Shown here: positions 22,460 to 37,292 of the stretch, piece after piece
Numbering within the stretch: position 1 is the stretch's first letter
Layout: every line of letters begins with the position of its first letter
Assembly (NCBI RefSeq): GCF_000143415.4
Contig: NW_003314271.1
Span: 1,780,806-1,844,805 of the forward strand
DNA length: 64,000 bases
From: Selaginella moellendorffii
Lineage: Eukaryota > Plantae > Lycopodiophyta
Direction of reading: 5' to 3'
Notes under the pieces: model-generated
What the model saw: the letters and a program-made list of their open reading frames with translations, nothing else
The model's database searches: none
Told to the model about the DNA's origin: nothing
Position numbers and translations under genes: made by a program

Positions 22460-25400
22460 ATGGCTGTGGTCGGCAAGGAGCGCGAGGAGGATCTGGCGCT
22501 CTTCCACGAGATGAAGGCGCGGGAGAGGATCCACTTCCTCCATCCCAGCACCGAGGAGGACATCGAAGCGTCGCTCCGTGAGTTTCTTCGACCCCATTGT
22601 CTGTGTTCTTCGTGTTCTTGCGTGTTTCTTGGCTGGAATGATTGGAATCATGATGGGTTGTCCGCTAAGTTTGGGGATTTCGCGCTCCAGGGTATCGGAT
22701 GGTGGCGACGGCTCCGCCATTGCAGCACAAGAGCCCTAACGATCTGCTAGGCTTGGAGCCGGAGAAGAACGACTATGACTGGTAAGCTTCCATAGCCAGG
22801 ACGAGCAAAGCTTGCAAGAATTCTCACACTTTCCTCGCGTGGTATAGGCTGCTAACTCCGCCAGGAACGCCACTCTTTCCATCGCTGGATCGCGACCTCC
22901 CCAGCGAGGCACAGCTCGAGGCCGCCAGCGTTCGTGCCACCACCAGATCAAGAGTAAGTTCTCAGCGATCACACTCCATCTCTAATCTTCGTCTTCCTTC
23001 CATTCCAGCCGAGTAGAATCTCCAGAGGAAGCTCCAGTCCTTCGCGCAGGCCGAGCTCGCCATCTCCATCCTCCACCTCGAGCTTGAGCCGGCGACCATC
23101 GTTTGGAAACTCGAGCCCGTCCAGGCCAGGATCATCGAGCAGCCGCCCAGTCACTCCAACCGGCGCTCGCCCCTCCACTCCAGGAAGATCCTCCACCCCG
23201 ACCAGGAGAACGCTCACCACCTCCGCCAGCTTCAACAAGATCACCACCACCTCCAACAATGTGGGAAGAACCGCGCGTAGCAGCTCGCCATCGTCGCGAA
23301 AGCCGAGAACTCCCGTCCATCCAGCAATGCCCGCGGGATTCGCGAGTGAGCCACCGCCAAACCTCCGGACGAGCATGCCGGATCGACCATCCTCGTCCAA
23401 CACTCGCGGAGCTTCCTTGTCTCCCCGGCTCGTTGGAGGAGGATCCTCCTCGTTCAAGAGCTCGGATCATCGCCGCGCCGTGTCGCCGAGCTTGTCCCGG
23501 AGCTACAGCTCCTCGGCCAGCTCCAGCAAAGGATCGGTCGTCTCCTCGTCGCAAAACTCGGGCATCGAGGTGAATCGTCCCAGCCCGCGGGTGGTGATCA
23601 CCACCACCACCACGGACAGCGGTGGAAAGCGGCCGATCTCGGGCTGCGAGGAGACCTCTCCGGTGAAGCCCGTGACCAAGAAGCCGGTTCGAACGGGCGG
23701 GACGAGCTCCTTCTCGGCGATCAACTCGCAAAGGAAGCCTTTCGACACGAGTTCTTCGCGACAAATGGTGACGAGCTTTGCAAACTCTTAAGAGTTCTCT
23801 CCTCTCTGATCATCAAAATCGCTTTTTTTCTTGCAGGACTTTAGGAGGAACTCGAGCGGTGGATTCCGGCCGCTCATGTCAAACAGCCACATCTCGTCCT
23901 TCTACACGCGAGCCAGCAACTCGCTCCAGCAGCGCTCCATGACGGACTCGTCGATCAACAGCAGCAGCGCGGCGAGTGTGGAGCACGACCAGGACGAGGA
24001 GGTTGCGTCCAGGCTGAGCCGGGACGAGCGCGACGAGTTTGCGTCGCTCGACGCCATGATCGACGACAGGAAGGCCGAGGAGCTCCTGGAGGATCACTCC
24101 CTGGAGCTGGCGAGGAGCTGCGAGGAGACGAGAGTCCTGGAGATCGTCGAGGAGCTGGAGCCGATGGTGGAACAAGCTCGAGCTCAAACTCAAGTTCAGG
24201 TCGAGGAGGAGATGGTGATCGAGAAGTCCGACCACCATGAGCTCCTGGTGCTCACGCCAACTTCCTCGGATCACTCTCCACCCTTTCAGGACGAAGTCGA
24301 CATGGAGATCGACGAGAGCCATCCGCTCGACGAAGACACCGGAGCCAGCATGAGAAGCTTGCTCGAGCTCGTCATCAGCAAAGCCGTGGATCTGGCCGAA
24401 AACCAGGAGAGGCAATCAGCGAGAGCTCCTCATCCGAGCTCCAAGGTCCCTGGAGGAGCTGTCAAGCCGGACGAAGCACAACAAGAGCAGAACTCCTCGC
24501 CGCCATCTTCCACAAAGGATCCATCCCTCCACTGCTTCACTCAGCTCATCGATCTAAAGTACAGCTCCAGCTCCCTGGAAGTCTACCAGTTCGATCAGGA
24601 GCTCCACACAACCGGCTCGGAAGTGCTCGGACTCGCGAACGATCCTGCTCCAAAGCCCAGAGACTGCCGCTCCTCGATCTCTCCCAGCACTTCCACCACG
24701 ACAATCTCGGACAAGAAAGCCTCCACTTCGTCGTCCAGCGCCTCCCAGCTCTCGGAAACTTTCGCCACTCGATCGTCCAACGACCGGGGAGATCATCCAA
24801 AGACGAGCTCGACCAACACCGACGTCCATAGATTGTCGTCCCGGATCACCACCAAGCTCCGAGACCCTCCAAACTTCGGCGCATTCTTGAGCGCGTCCAG
24901 GCACTACAAGAGGAGAGACTCGAGGGAATCGTCGCTCTTCTCGATCCAGATAAGCTCCTCCAAAGGTGGCGAGAGCATTTCATCCGGAGGACGTCCCGCT
25001 AGCACCACCGACGATAGCGTCGACGATATAACCCCGCGGAGGATCCACCACCTCGATCTAGCATGCAACGGCGACGCGTCCAGCAACGGGACGTATACGT
25101 ACAAGGTCTCGGACGAGTACGACACCAAATCCGAGGAGAGCTGCGTCGACTACTACATCGATTCCATGGATCCACCGCAAAAGTTCGTGGACAAGACGAC
25201 GAGCGAGCGAGGAGGCAGGACGACGAGCTTAAACTCTAGCAAGGAGTGTGAGATCCTGGCGAGCGAGGATGTTCTTCCCGGTGGCTTTGACAACGACGAG
25301 GACGGATACGTCGACTACTACATCGATGATTTCTCGTCGCGGCAAAAGATGGCGGGGAGCGACGATCGTGAGTTCTCAGAGCCAGCAGCGAAGAAATCGA

Positions 25401-26236
25401 TCGCGGCGATCGCGGGTCACCGGCAGGACGCCATGGACATTGTCCTGGAGGAGGAGAGATCGCTGCTCGTGGATGATACACACATAGAAGTGTGTAGCAT
25501 GGAGGAGTCTTCCTCCTCCGAGTGTGGAGATCATCATCCTGGGGGATCTGGCGAGGATCCTCGCGATCGAGGCGACGAGGAGATCGACACCATGACCGAG
25601 TGCTGGAAGCAATTGGAAGAGGCCGAGCAACATCACCAGCATCACGAAAAACTTCCAGGTAAGTTTCTTCGCTGCTAGAGAGAGCTCTTGTTTCGATCGA
25701 TCGATGACGAGCTTGCTTCATTCTCTTCGATGGCAGGGAGCATCAATGGTGCTGGCAAGGATCCAAGCACCACCAATACCATCGGGATCTCCTCCAGCGA
25801 GAGCACCCGCGAGAGCATCCTCTTCTGCAGCTCCATCGTCCACGACCTCGTCTACCGGGCCGCGAGCCTGGGGATCGAGAAGGAGGATCTCAAGGCGGCG
25901 TCGGCGGACGAGCTCGTCACCTTCCTGGGGCTGTCCAAGACGCACCACATCCCCCCAAAGTTCGTGGATCTGGATCCCACCAAGTGGAAAGCCAGCGAGG
26001 AATCCACCGTGCGGAGAACGCTCACTTACTTGCAGAACCAGAAGCTGATGCCAAAGACCACCGTGGCCTTCATGCACAGCCCGCCCCTGGGAAGAGTTGA
26101 GGAGGACGTCAAAGATCACATCATCCCAGAGCACCACTTCATCGATCGATCGCTCGAGAGGGGGGGCGACGCCGCGAGCGCCGAGTCGCTGCGGCGCCGG
26201 CGATCGCAGTCCAAATGCCGCTGCGTGATCCTGTGA
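22460..26236 (+). CDS. Basic proline-rich (BPP)-family microtubule-associated protein with C-terminal CaaX
   Basis: EEDLALFHEM, EKNDYDW/LLTPPGTPLFPSLD, GFASEPPPNLRTSMPDRP, ILFCSSIVHDLVY; ends CRCVIL*. Confidence 0.8.
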
Positions 26237-26746
26237 GGAATCAGCGAGGGGCTGTGGCTTGTAAGAATTTTACTCGTGTACTGCAGTAAACTAAAGAAGA
26301 AAAGAGATTTTTAGGGTTCTTGGGAAACTTGGTGACGTGTCAAGGAATGTTTAATGTCGTTTTGACGTGTACCTGTCGCGCCATTAATGACGGGCACGCG
26401 ACGCCGCCTCGCCCGTCAAAACCGTTTCCGCGGCATAATAATGCGCACATCCAACGACTGCTATGCAAGGTGGGCTTAGATCCATCGGTGGAGATCTTCT
26501 CGCCCTTCTGGCACGTAATAAACAAGTGAAGTGGAATAACAAGGGAGGGAGATTAGTATACGCAGCAGTGCCACAAAGGGAGGAGTGAAAGCACTCGAAT
26601 CTCCTCTCACCCACCACCGAAACTCTCGCATTCATTCAATCGATCGCTTATCTCTCTCTCTTCTTCCTCTTTTCCTTCGGTTGCTCCGATCGATGGCGAA
26701 TAATCGATTTGCGGGGCGCGCGATCGATCGGCCGCGCGAGAGAGCA

Positions 26747-28126
26747 ATGCTGGCATTGCTCTTGTTTTTTCTATCCCTGGATCTCTCGCTGGGGCAGTAT
26801 GATCACGCCAATGCCTATGGCGTTCCCGCGATTCTAATCTTCGGCGATTCCACCGTGGACGCAGGCAACAACAATGTGTTTAGCACGATCATGCACAGCA
26901 ATCACGCGCCCTATGGCCGCGATTTTGGATTCCCCACCGGGAGATTCAGCAATGGTCTGCTCGCGCCGGACATCGTCGGTGAGTTGACTATTCGTTGATT
27001 ATCGTGGACTGGCTCTTGACTGTGCTTGTTCTTGGAGAGATCTCGCAGCCCAGAAGCTCAATCTCCCATTCCCGCTCGCGTTCACTAGTCCGAATGCCAC
27101 CGGAGACAATCTCATCTTTGGAGCGAATTTCGCGTCGGCAGCGTCGGGGCTGGTCGATTCCACGGCTTCGTTGTTTGTAAGCTCGATCTCTCTCTTGTTT
27201 GCTATTGAAGCCATGGATCTTCCTTTTGCTAGAATGTGGCTTCGTCCACGCAGCAGCTCAAGTGGTTTGCGAGTTATCGGCAGCAATTGGAGCGGATAGC
27301 CGGGCCGGATCGCGCGCAATCGATCCTCTCCAGGGCGCTCTACGTGATAAGCTCCGGGAGCAACGATTATATCTACTATCGCCTCAACACTCGCCTCTCC
27401 TCGCAGTACAATAACGAGCAATTCCGGGAGCTCCTCATCAAGCAGACCTCGCAATTCATCCAGGTACGCGACTTCACTCCGATCCGGGCTAGTTTTCCAT
27501 TGCATTTCTCTTGGATTCTCGCAAATCTTCCATCAATCAATCTCTTTTTCTTCCCCCGCTTGGAATTTCACACGTTCCAAGAACAGCCTCACACAAATTT
27601 GCTCTTTGGAATCTCTCCAGGAGCTTTACAATGTCGGTGGGCGCCGATTTGCGGTAGTCTCAGTGCCTCCGCTGGGATGCTTGCCATCGGAGATCACAAC
27701 CGCGGGCAAACGCGATAGAAGCTGCGTGGAAGATCTCAATTCCAAGGCCGTCGCCCACAATGTCGCGCTCCAGCAGCTGCTCACGCGAACCAAGGCCTCA
27801 CTGCCGGGAACCAAGGTCGCATACCTCGACTGCTACAGCGTCCTCTTCGATGCCATCCACAATCCTGCGAAATACGGCAAGAATTCCACCCTTCTTTGCT
27901 CAAGAAGACTCAATCCCCTGTTTTTCTTCTTGCAGGGTTTAGCGAGACGAATCGAGGCTGCTGCGGCTCCGGATTGATCGAAGTGGGCGATCTCTGCAAT
28001 GGATTGTCGATGGGGACGTGCTCCGACTCCTCCAAATTCGTCTTCTGGGACAGCTTCCACCCGACGCAGGCAATGTATGGAATCATCGCCGAGGTGTTTT
28101 ACAACCAGGCCGCCGCGGTGCTCTAG
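26747..28126 (+). CDS. GDSL esterase/lipase
   Basis: Signal peptide; IFGDSTVDAGNNN, TGRFSNG, GANFASAASG, GSNDY, FVFWDSFHPT. Confidence 0.95.
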
Positions 28127-28425
28127 TGAGCGCAAATCGAGAACTCTAGACAAGGAAAAGAAAGCCCTCTCCCATCTTCCAAATCCAATCCCAAAAGAGA
28201 AAAGAGCTCGAGACACTGTAAATTTGGTCACTGAGATTCGGGCAGTAAGCATAAAAGCGCTTAATCCTTCGATCGCTTCCTTCCTCCTCGCTGCGCGCAT
28301 CGCATCGCAGAGACGACGACGTACACAATTCCTACATACATTAAAACATACGTATTGTTTATTACGGAGGGTTTATTTCGTACTTTGTACGAAGAGACTC
28401 TCCTTGTACGGATGCCACTTTGATC

Positions 28426-28827
28426 TTAGGGTTCTTCTTCGGGGTAGCAGTTGTCGGTCTCGCAGACGCTGCAAATGGGCCCGTAGAGGAGGAGGGTGGA
28501 GCACTCGCCGCAGAGCTTGCCCGGGACGCGCAGGATGTGGGCGAGCGTGACGGTCTCCCAGAAATCGAGCTTGCGGTTGTGATCGGCGTCGAGGGCGTCG
28601 AAGCACGAGAGGGCGACCGCTTTGACGGCGGGGTCGCTGTAGCGTTCCACCTCCGTTCGCGTCACTCCCCTACTCGCATTTTGATCCATGCCTTTGAAGA
28701 GGCGCAGCGCCTGGGATCGCTGTTCCAGGGGGAGCTTGTGGTACGCGGCCTTGGCCTCCTGGTGGAGGCGGCGGATTGGATCGTTGCAGATGGAGTGATC
28801 ATGGGCCGGGAGAGTGCACTGAGCCAT
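28426..28827 (-). CDS. Small EF-hand calcium-binding protein with C-terminal CxxC..CxxC motif
   Basis: FKGMDQNASRGVTRTE and FDALDADHNRKLDFWE EF-hands followed by CGEC...CSVC; intronless. Confidence 0.75.
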   Translation of the reverse strand: MAQCTLPAHDHSICNDPIRRLHQEAKAAYHKLPLEQRSQALRLFKGMDQNASRGVTRTEVERYSDPAVKAVALSCFDALDADHNRKLDFWETVTLAHILRVPGKLCGECSTLLLYGPICSVCETDNCYPEEEP

Positions 28828-29977
28828 GGGAGAGAGATCTAGAGGTGGATTGGAGTGCGAGGAAACTGGAGACTGGATGCTAGTTTGTGATGAATTCCAT
28901 GGCGGGATGGTCGTTTATATAGTGAGATTGCTGCGCCCACCACTACCGCCCTTGAATCGAATCAAACGTACGCGGGAGATGCTCAGCGATTCATGGATGA
29001 TAGAGCTGCCGACCATGGCTAAGATCAGATCGTATAGGCGCGATAAGTGTTTAGTCTACACACGATTCTCCTTCTTCTTTGGTTTTCCTGCGCGGACACC
29101 ATGAGAAGGAAGAGAGGAATCACAACACTCGCACAGCATGTAGTACACCTCACATAGAAAGCACTTGGAATTATTATGAGATAGAACAACACACATAGAT
29201 TTAATAGAGTATGGTACCACCACAGAGAGAGAGTGAGAGATTTTATAAAAACTTCCATCAATCATGTGTCTGGAGAGCTCGTGGAAGCATGAGTTTGGCT
29301 TCGTACACCAGCGCGAGCTTAAAAAATCTAGAGGTTTTTTTTATCAAGGCTCGAGCTTTTAATCCCCCACTTAAACTAGAGATCTTTTTACCACGTAATT
29401 GGCATGCAAAATCACTTTTTTCTCGACCATATTCGTGATTTCTCGCTAACAATTCTTTGAGTTTTGGGGGATAGCGATGGAGACTGGACACACGGACAAG
29501 TTCTTTGACCACGGCTTCCATTAACCTTTGGTTTTGGAGCGATTAGTTTTGGTGGCTGGGCTTGTATTTTTTGTTTCTCTCTTTTTCCCTTTGCTTGGAG
29601 GCCATTTTGTTTTGCAGAGGCATCGGTGGTTGCGGCTGCCTGGCAGGGAAATGTGGGAAAGCTCGAGCTCTCCGGTGGTGGGTTTTGTGGATCTCACTTA
29701 GATCTGCGGGAGCTCCACCCAGAGATTGCCGAGCTATGGCGGAGTTTGGCGGACAAAGCTCGAGGTAATGAAGAGGCGCTTGCACTGTTCCTTTGCTTGC
29801 ATGATGTGCTTTCGAGGTTTTTCCTCGTTGTCTTGCTAGTAGCGGCTTGCGGATCTTTGATCTTGGTTGTTTGGTGGTCTGGTTTTTTTTTTTTTCTTCT
29901 TTTTTTTTCAGCTATGCTCAAAGTTTGTGTGATGGATCAATGTAGCTCGGGGTGAAGGCTGGTTGAGGAGATGAGCC

Positions 29978-32607
29978 ATGGAAAGTCCTCAAAAGTGTAG
30001 CTCCTTCAAGAACTTGGTCGGGACCATCGAATCACTGCTGGGATCCAAGAGCGATCTTACAGTCACTTGGGCTCAGTCCGTCAAGCTTATCATCGAGGAT
30101 TTGTCCAACAGCTGCCCTTCAACTCCTTGTACACCATCTTTTCCAGAAGGGGCCATCTACAACAACACCGAAAAATCAAGCCTCCAAGGTAGAGAAGAAT
30201 CTCTCTTTTATTTTTTTTGTGTGTGTTTTTCGTTGATTCTTTTTCTTTTCGTTTTTTTCCAGGAGAGCTCATACTTCTAAAGGCTGCCTATGCCTTGTCG
30301 AATGTTAACAGGAAGCTCGCTTTAAACAAGCTCCTCGATCTCAAAGGTCTGCAAGTTTCTAAGATTTCTCTGAAAAATCAAAACTTTGTGCAGGGAACAT
30401 ACGAGTTTTTTGTAGAGTTCGGCCTCTCCTTTCCTCCGAGCAACAGGGAAGAGTCGGCATTGTAGCCACGGATGTTCCAAATCAAGTCCAAGTATCCTCC
30501 TCTGGTGGCAAAGCCAGGAACTATCTATTTGATAAGGTTTTCCACGCGGCATCCTTACAAGGTACGAAACCATTCAAATGGTGGCGACAAGAGCTTAAGA
30601 TTCTTTGTTTCTTCCAGATGATGTTTTCTCAGAAGTGGAGCCAATTATCAGGTCCGCCATGGATGGAAGTAACGTTTGTATCTTTGCCTATGGACAAACC
30701 GGCACTGGAAAGACGTTCACAATGGTTGGTTTCGTGATTTTCTCGTTTTTTCGTCCTCGTCTCAGACTTTCAAGTTCTCAGGAAGGTAGTCAGGATTGTC
30801 CAGGAATAGTTCCTCGCACTTTGCAGCAGCTCTTCTTCGACGCTTCGCTCGACACAACTGTCGAGTACTCATTCAAGCTGAGCATGCTCGAAGTGTACCG
30901 TGGGTGTTTGCGCGACTTATTGGCTCCTCGGCAAAAGCAGCAGTCGAGCAGCAAGAGGCAAGAAATCCTTGTTCGTTATCTCTTGAAACACGTGATTTTT
31001 TCTTCTCCAGCCTTTGCATCCAGATGGCTGGATCTGGTAGCACAGAGATAGAAAACTTGACAGAGATTCCGATTAAAAGCGCGAGCCAGGCGAGATATCT
31101 ATATCGCAAGGGGGTCCGTTCGAGGTCTACGTGTTGGACGACTGCAAACGAGACATCGAGTAGATCACACTGGTGAGAGTCCAAAACTTTTCTTTTTTTG
31201 TTCCATCTTTTCTCCGACCGCCATAAATTCTTCTTTGCTCGATCAGCTTGGTTCGAATCAACATCACTTGCAACTATGGAAAGCAGAGCCACGCAAGCAA
31301 ACTTTGGCTGGTGGATTTGGGAGGGAGCGAGAGGTTCTTTAAGACGCAAGCGCAGGGACAAACTCTGGAAGAAGGCAAAGCCATCAATGCATCCTTGTCC
31401 GCATTGGGGGATGTTATCAGTGCTCTACAACGAAAGCAACCACACATACCTTACAGGTAAGAATCTTTGTTTCTTTCTTTTCATGGAACGAGCGAGAGTT
31501 AACTGGTTTTTTGGTTGGTGTTCTTCAACTTGTGACGAGCAGGAATAGCAAGCTGACACAGATTCTTCGCGATTGTTTAGGTACTTTGAAAAGTTTTGCT
31601 TGGTGCCTCAGAGAAAAAATGGTTTTTTCCAGGGAAGGATTCGAAAGCTTTGATGCTTGTTCACGTTAGTCCAAAGGAGGAAGACCTTGGAGAGACGACG
31701 TGCTCGCTAGGATTTGCTTCCAGGGCCAGGGCGATTCATCTTGGAAGAGATATATCTCCTGTAAGATCCTATAGTTTGTTCTCTCCCTTCATAGTCTTGA
31801 ACTCTTTTCTCTTATGGATTCTAGAGCGCAAGGGACGAGAGAACAGCTACCATGGCCAACGTTTTGGCGAAGATGAAGCTCTACGAGACCGAGTGCCAGA
31901 AGCTCAACGAGAACATCCAAATGGTGGAGTCTCTCATCCGCCGCGGCATTGAAAACCAAGACTTGGACGAGCTGCAAGCCAAGTTACTCTCGGCGAGCGC
32001 AAAGAAGGAGCTCACCACCACCACCGCCGGACGTTCTTCATCCTCTTCATCGTCGTCCTCCTCCATTCCCAGATTCATGACACCCACAGTGAGCAGCCAG
32101 CGCAAGAAACGCAGCAGCACGATCCACCTCGAGAGCGTGGTCTCGGTGATGATGGAGACGACCACCGAGAAGAGAGTGGTGAGATCCGGGACGCCGGAGT
32201 CTCGCCAGGTGCGAAGAACTCTCAACTTCCAAGTCCATCGCCAAGAGGTTGTCCGCCATCACCAAGTTGACGATCCTCCGCCACCTAGAGTTCACGAAGT
32301 TGGAGCTCAAGAGGACGAGCTGCTGGTTGATCGCAAAGCTACCGCTGCTACCGCTGCTACTGCTGCTACTGCGAGGAATGGTTTCACGACGGAGAATTCA
32401 GCTCCATCGCCATCGCCTCCACTCCCGGTGGCTGTGGCGGCAAAGTCCGAGAGAAGATTGATGAGGACGAGCGCCACCTCCACTCAAGCTGGCAAGGAGC
32501 GGGGTGGAAGATGTGGGTGGGAGTACTTAGGCAAGAAGAGCTCCAAGTACCGGAGGAGATGGACGCTCGAGTGCTCAAGCAGGATTTCTATCACCGAGAG
32601 GTTGTGA
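29978..32607 (+). CDS. Kinesin-14 family motor protein
   Basis: Neck [19 protein letters not shown]; P-loop [11 protein letters not shown]; NETSSRSH; LVDLGGSER; HIPYRNSKLT. Confidence 0.92.
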
Positions 32608-32827
32608 CGAGAGATCCTACCTTTTGTAAACTAACTTGCTAGCTTGAGGGTGATGATCTCCAAAACATAGAAGAAGATTTGTTCCCAAGTGTTCTTGTCA
32701 TTTACACGATCATCTTGCGATTTGTAGCTGTAGGCCTACTCTCGAGAAAATCACACAAACAACTATATGTAGGCCTACTCTCGAGAAAATCACACCAAAC
32801 AACTACAAGCAAAGAATGGATCACGAC

Positions 32828-34742
<1,915 letters not shown>

Positions 34743-34880
34743 TCTTAGCCTCTCCGAAGCATAGCTTCAAACTATCCCTAGAAATATATTTCACTCGTCA
34801 GCGCCTACGTGTCAATCCTCATGGATAGAACAGAATATACCCATTTAAGAATATGCTTGTTTCTAGGGTTCTACGCGGCA

Positions 34881-35348
34881 ATGGGGGAGAATGTCCACGA
34901 TCTCGTGGAAATCGTGGAATGTAAGCTCGACACAGCGAAATACATGGATTCCGTCAGGAGCCCAGCCGCCGGAGCGATCGCGAGCTTTGGCGGCACGACG
35001 CGGGATAGATTCCAGGGCAAACAGGTTCTAGAGCTTCGCTACGAGGCATACGTGCCAATGGCGAGCTCGCAGCTGCGCAAGATCTGCCAGGCGGCCCGGG
35101 AGAGGTGGGAATTGATCGGCGTGGCCGTGGCGCACAGGATTGGCGTGGTGCCCGTGGGGGAGGAGAGCGTCTTTGTGGCCGCCTCGTCGATCCACAGGAA
35201 AGAGGCGCTCGCCGCTTGCCAGTTCTTGATTGACGAGATCAAGGCCTCGGTGGCGATCTGGAAGAAGGAGATCTACGCGGATGGGGAGGCCTGGAAGGAG
35301 AATGCCGAATTCGAGAGCACTAGGAGGAGCTGTTCCTGTGGTCATTGA
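34881..35348 (+). CDS. CNX6: Molybdopterin synthase catalytic (large) subunit, MoaE/MOCS2B
   Basis: AGAIASFGGTTRD, LRYEAY, HRIGVVPVGEESV, IDEIKASVAIWKKE. Confidence 0.93.
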   Translation: MGENVHDLVEIVECKLDTAKYMDSVRSPAAGAIASFGGTTRDRFQGKQVLELRYEAYVPMASSQLRKICQAARERWELIGVAVAHRIGVVPVGEESVFVAASSIHRKEALAACQFLIDEIKASVAIWKKEIYADGEAWKENAEFESTRRSCSCGH

Positions 35349-35490
35349 TAGAGAAGAAAAGTCCACTCGTATAAGCGGTGGAGATTTGGCCTTGGAAGAG
35401 CCCTAAATAACGGTCAGTCCCAATGCCAGGAACACTACTCTTCTTGGACTGATCTCACTCTACTCGACTCCAGCGCCGAGAGGGAAGAAA

Positions 35491-37163
35491 ATGTATACTT
35501 GCAAGAAAACCAGGAGCAGCAGCAGCACTGGGATCGATCGAAAGCCGGCGGCCAAAGTTTCCAATACCAATAGCTCGAGCACGAGAAATCCTTCCCTCGA
35601 GCAAGGCTATGCTTCTAAGAGGTCTGCTTCTTTGTCTGGCGTCACCACAGATCTTCGAAGAACCAGCCTCGAGAGCAAGCCCAGCAGCACCATTTCCACC
35701 GGAGTTTTCAAGCCAGCGCCTCCACTTCCAGCTCTAGGAAGGCCCCGAGATTCCAGAGTTCGTCCCAAGTTCGACCTCCGGCTAAACGAACCTCCACCAC
35801 ACTCGAGCATGATGGAGCCGGATCAGCCATCTTCATCGGCTTCTTTCAAGCGAGAGGCCACCACTCCCCCATTCGCTTGCGAGACTGTTCCTTGCAAGAA
35901 CCCCGCTTGCCACCCCGGCTCATCCGACTTCCAGGCCCCAGTGAACGACTTCTTCTTGCAGAAGAGCTGGATCAAGGGACCCTCCGATCCGTCCGGTACC
36001 GTCGTGAGCCTCTCGGACCGCCCCAGCCTGTGCATGAGCGTCCACGGCTCGGAGCTGGCCGTTGGATCCTCCGACCATGCCATCTACACCATCGACGTTG
36101 GAACTTGCGGGCTCACCAGGATCATGCACGGGAAATCTTACGGCCACACCGACTGGGTCACTTGCCTGGATCATCTGCCAGACGGAAGAATCGTTAGCGG
36201 CGGAATGGACAACAAGCTATGCCTGTGGGACAAACGAGGTGTTCGAAGCAGGGACCTCAAAGGACACACTGCGTCTGTGTCGGGAGTTAAAGCCGGTGTT
36301 TTCAACCAAGGGAGTATAGCAGTCAGTGCGAGCTATGACAGGACTTTAATCCTCTGGGATCTGGGAGGACCTTCGGGGAGAGAGGTAGCAAAGCTGGCAG
36401 GACACAAGGCACCAGTCATGGAATTCGCAGGAACGCCGAGAGGGAGGCTTGTGAGTGGCTGCAGGGACGGGACTGTGATACTCTGGGACGTGGACGGGAG
36501 GTCTCCCGTCTTGCAGTGCAAGAACGCTCATAAAGGCCACGTTACAGCGTTAAAGGCAGTAGAGGAGGAGGCAGGGGACGTGTTTCTCTCAGGAGGGCAG
36601 GATGGCTTACTTCAAGTCTGGGACTCTCGATGCAGGCAGCCAGTCCACACTGCTTGTCTCCACAGGCACTCCCTGAAAGATTTTCTTGTTAGAAAAGCAC
36701 TAAAGAATGTCTACTTTTACTTTCCAGATCTGCAAAAGGCGTTGGAGCACTCACCTGCATTGCAGTGGCGAAGAACACAACCTGTGGATGTCCCCTGGTC
36801 ACAACAGCAGGCGCGGACAGAGTACTGAAGGTCCTTGACGTAAGAGCGTCCTTTAATGCGGTCTTTACTCTGGAAGATCACCAGGATTTTATATACAGCC
36901 TCTACATGAATGGTACGTAAGCCAAAAGAGAAAACGAAAAGAAACTAGGAGAACTTACAGAGAAAAATGGAACAGGCTCGCTGGCTTGGAGCGGTGGAGG
37001 CGACGGATCTCTTCTGGTGCACGACGTTGAGCGCGGTAAGTGCCTCTATGGCTTGGGAGCGATCAAAAACGGTGCCGTGAGAGGAATCTCTCTCGCTGGT
37101 GACGCGCAAGAGAAGCTTGTTGTCACTGGAGACGATGGTAACGTGATGCTGTACTCTCTTTAG
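35491..37163 (+). CDS. WD40-repeat protein with Ser-rich N-terminus
   Basis: GHTDWVTCL..SGGMDNKLCLWD, GHTASV..SASYDRTLILWD, GHKAPV..SGCRDGTVILWD; two introns; TAG ends at 37163. Confidence 0.88.
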
Positions 37164-37292
37164 TTTTCACAGAGGACCTGTGTATATACAAAAGATTAGC
37201 AAGGAGAAAGCGAAGTATATAAACCTGTGATGAATGTTCTCCCAATGTACAAAAAATTTCTGTAAGTAACAAAAAATGACAAGGGAGATTAT

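Noticed and set aside
29025-29955. Short ORFs between the EF-hand and kinesin genes
   Set aside because: No motifs, mostly non-ATG starts and T-rich composition typical of UTR or intron.
34809-34880. Animal-type bicistronic MOCS2A/MOCS2B arrangement
   Set aside because: No upstream MoaD-like ORF ending in Gly-Gly; the region is the 138-bp OAT/CNX6 divergent promoter.
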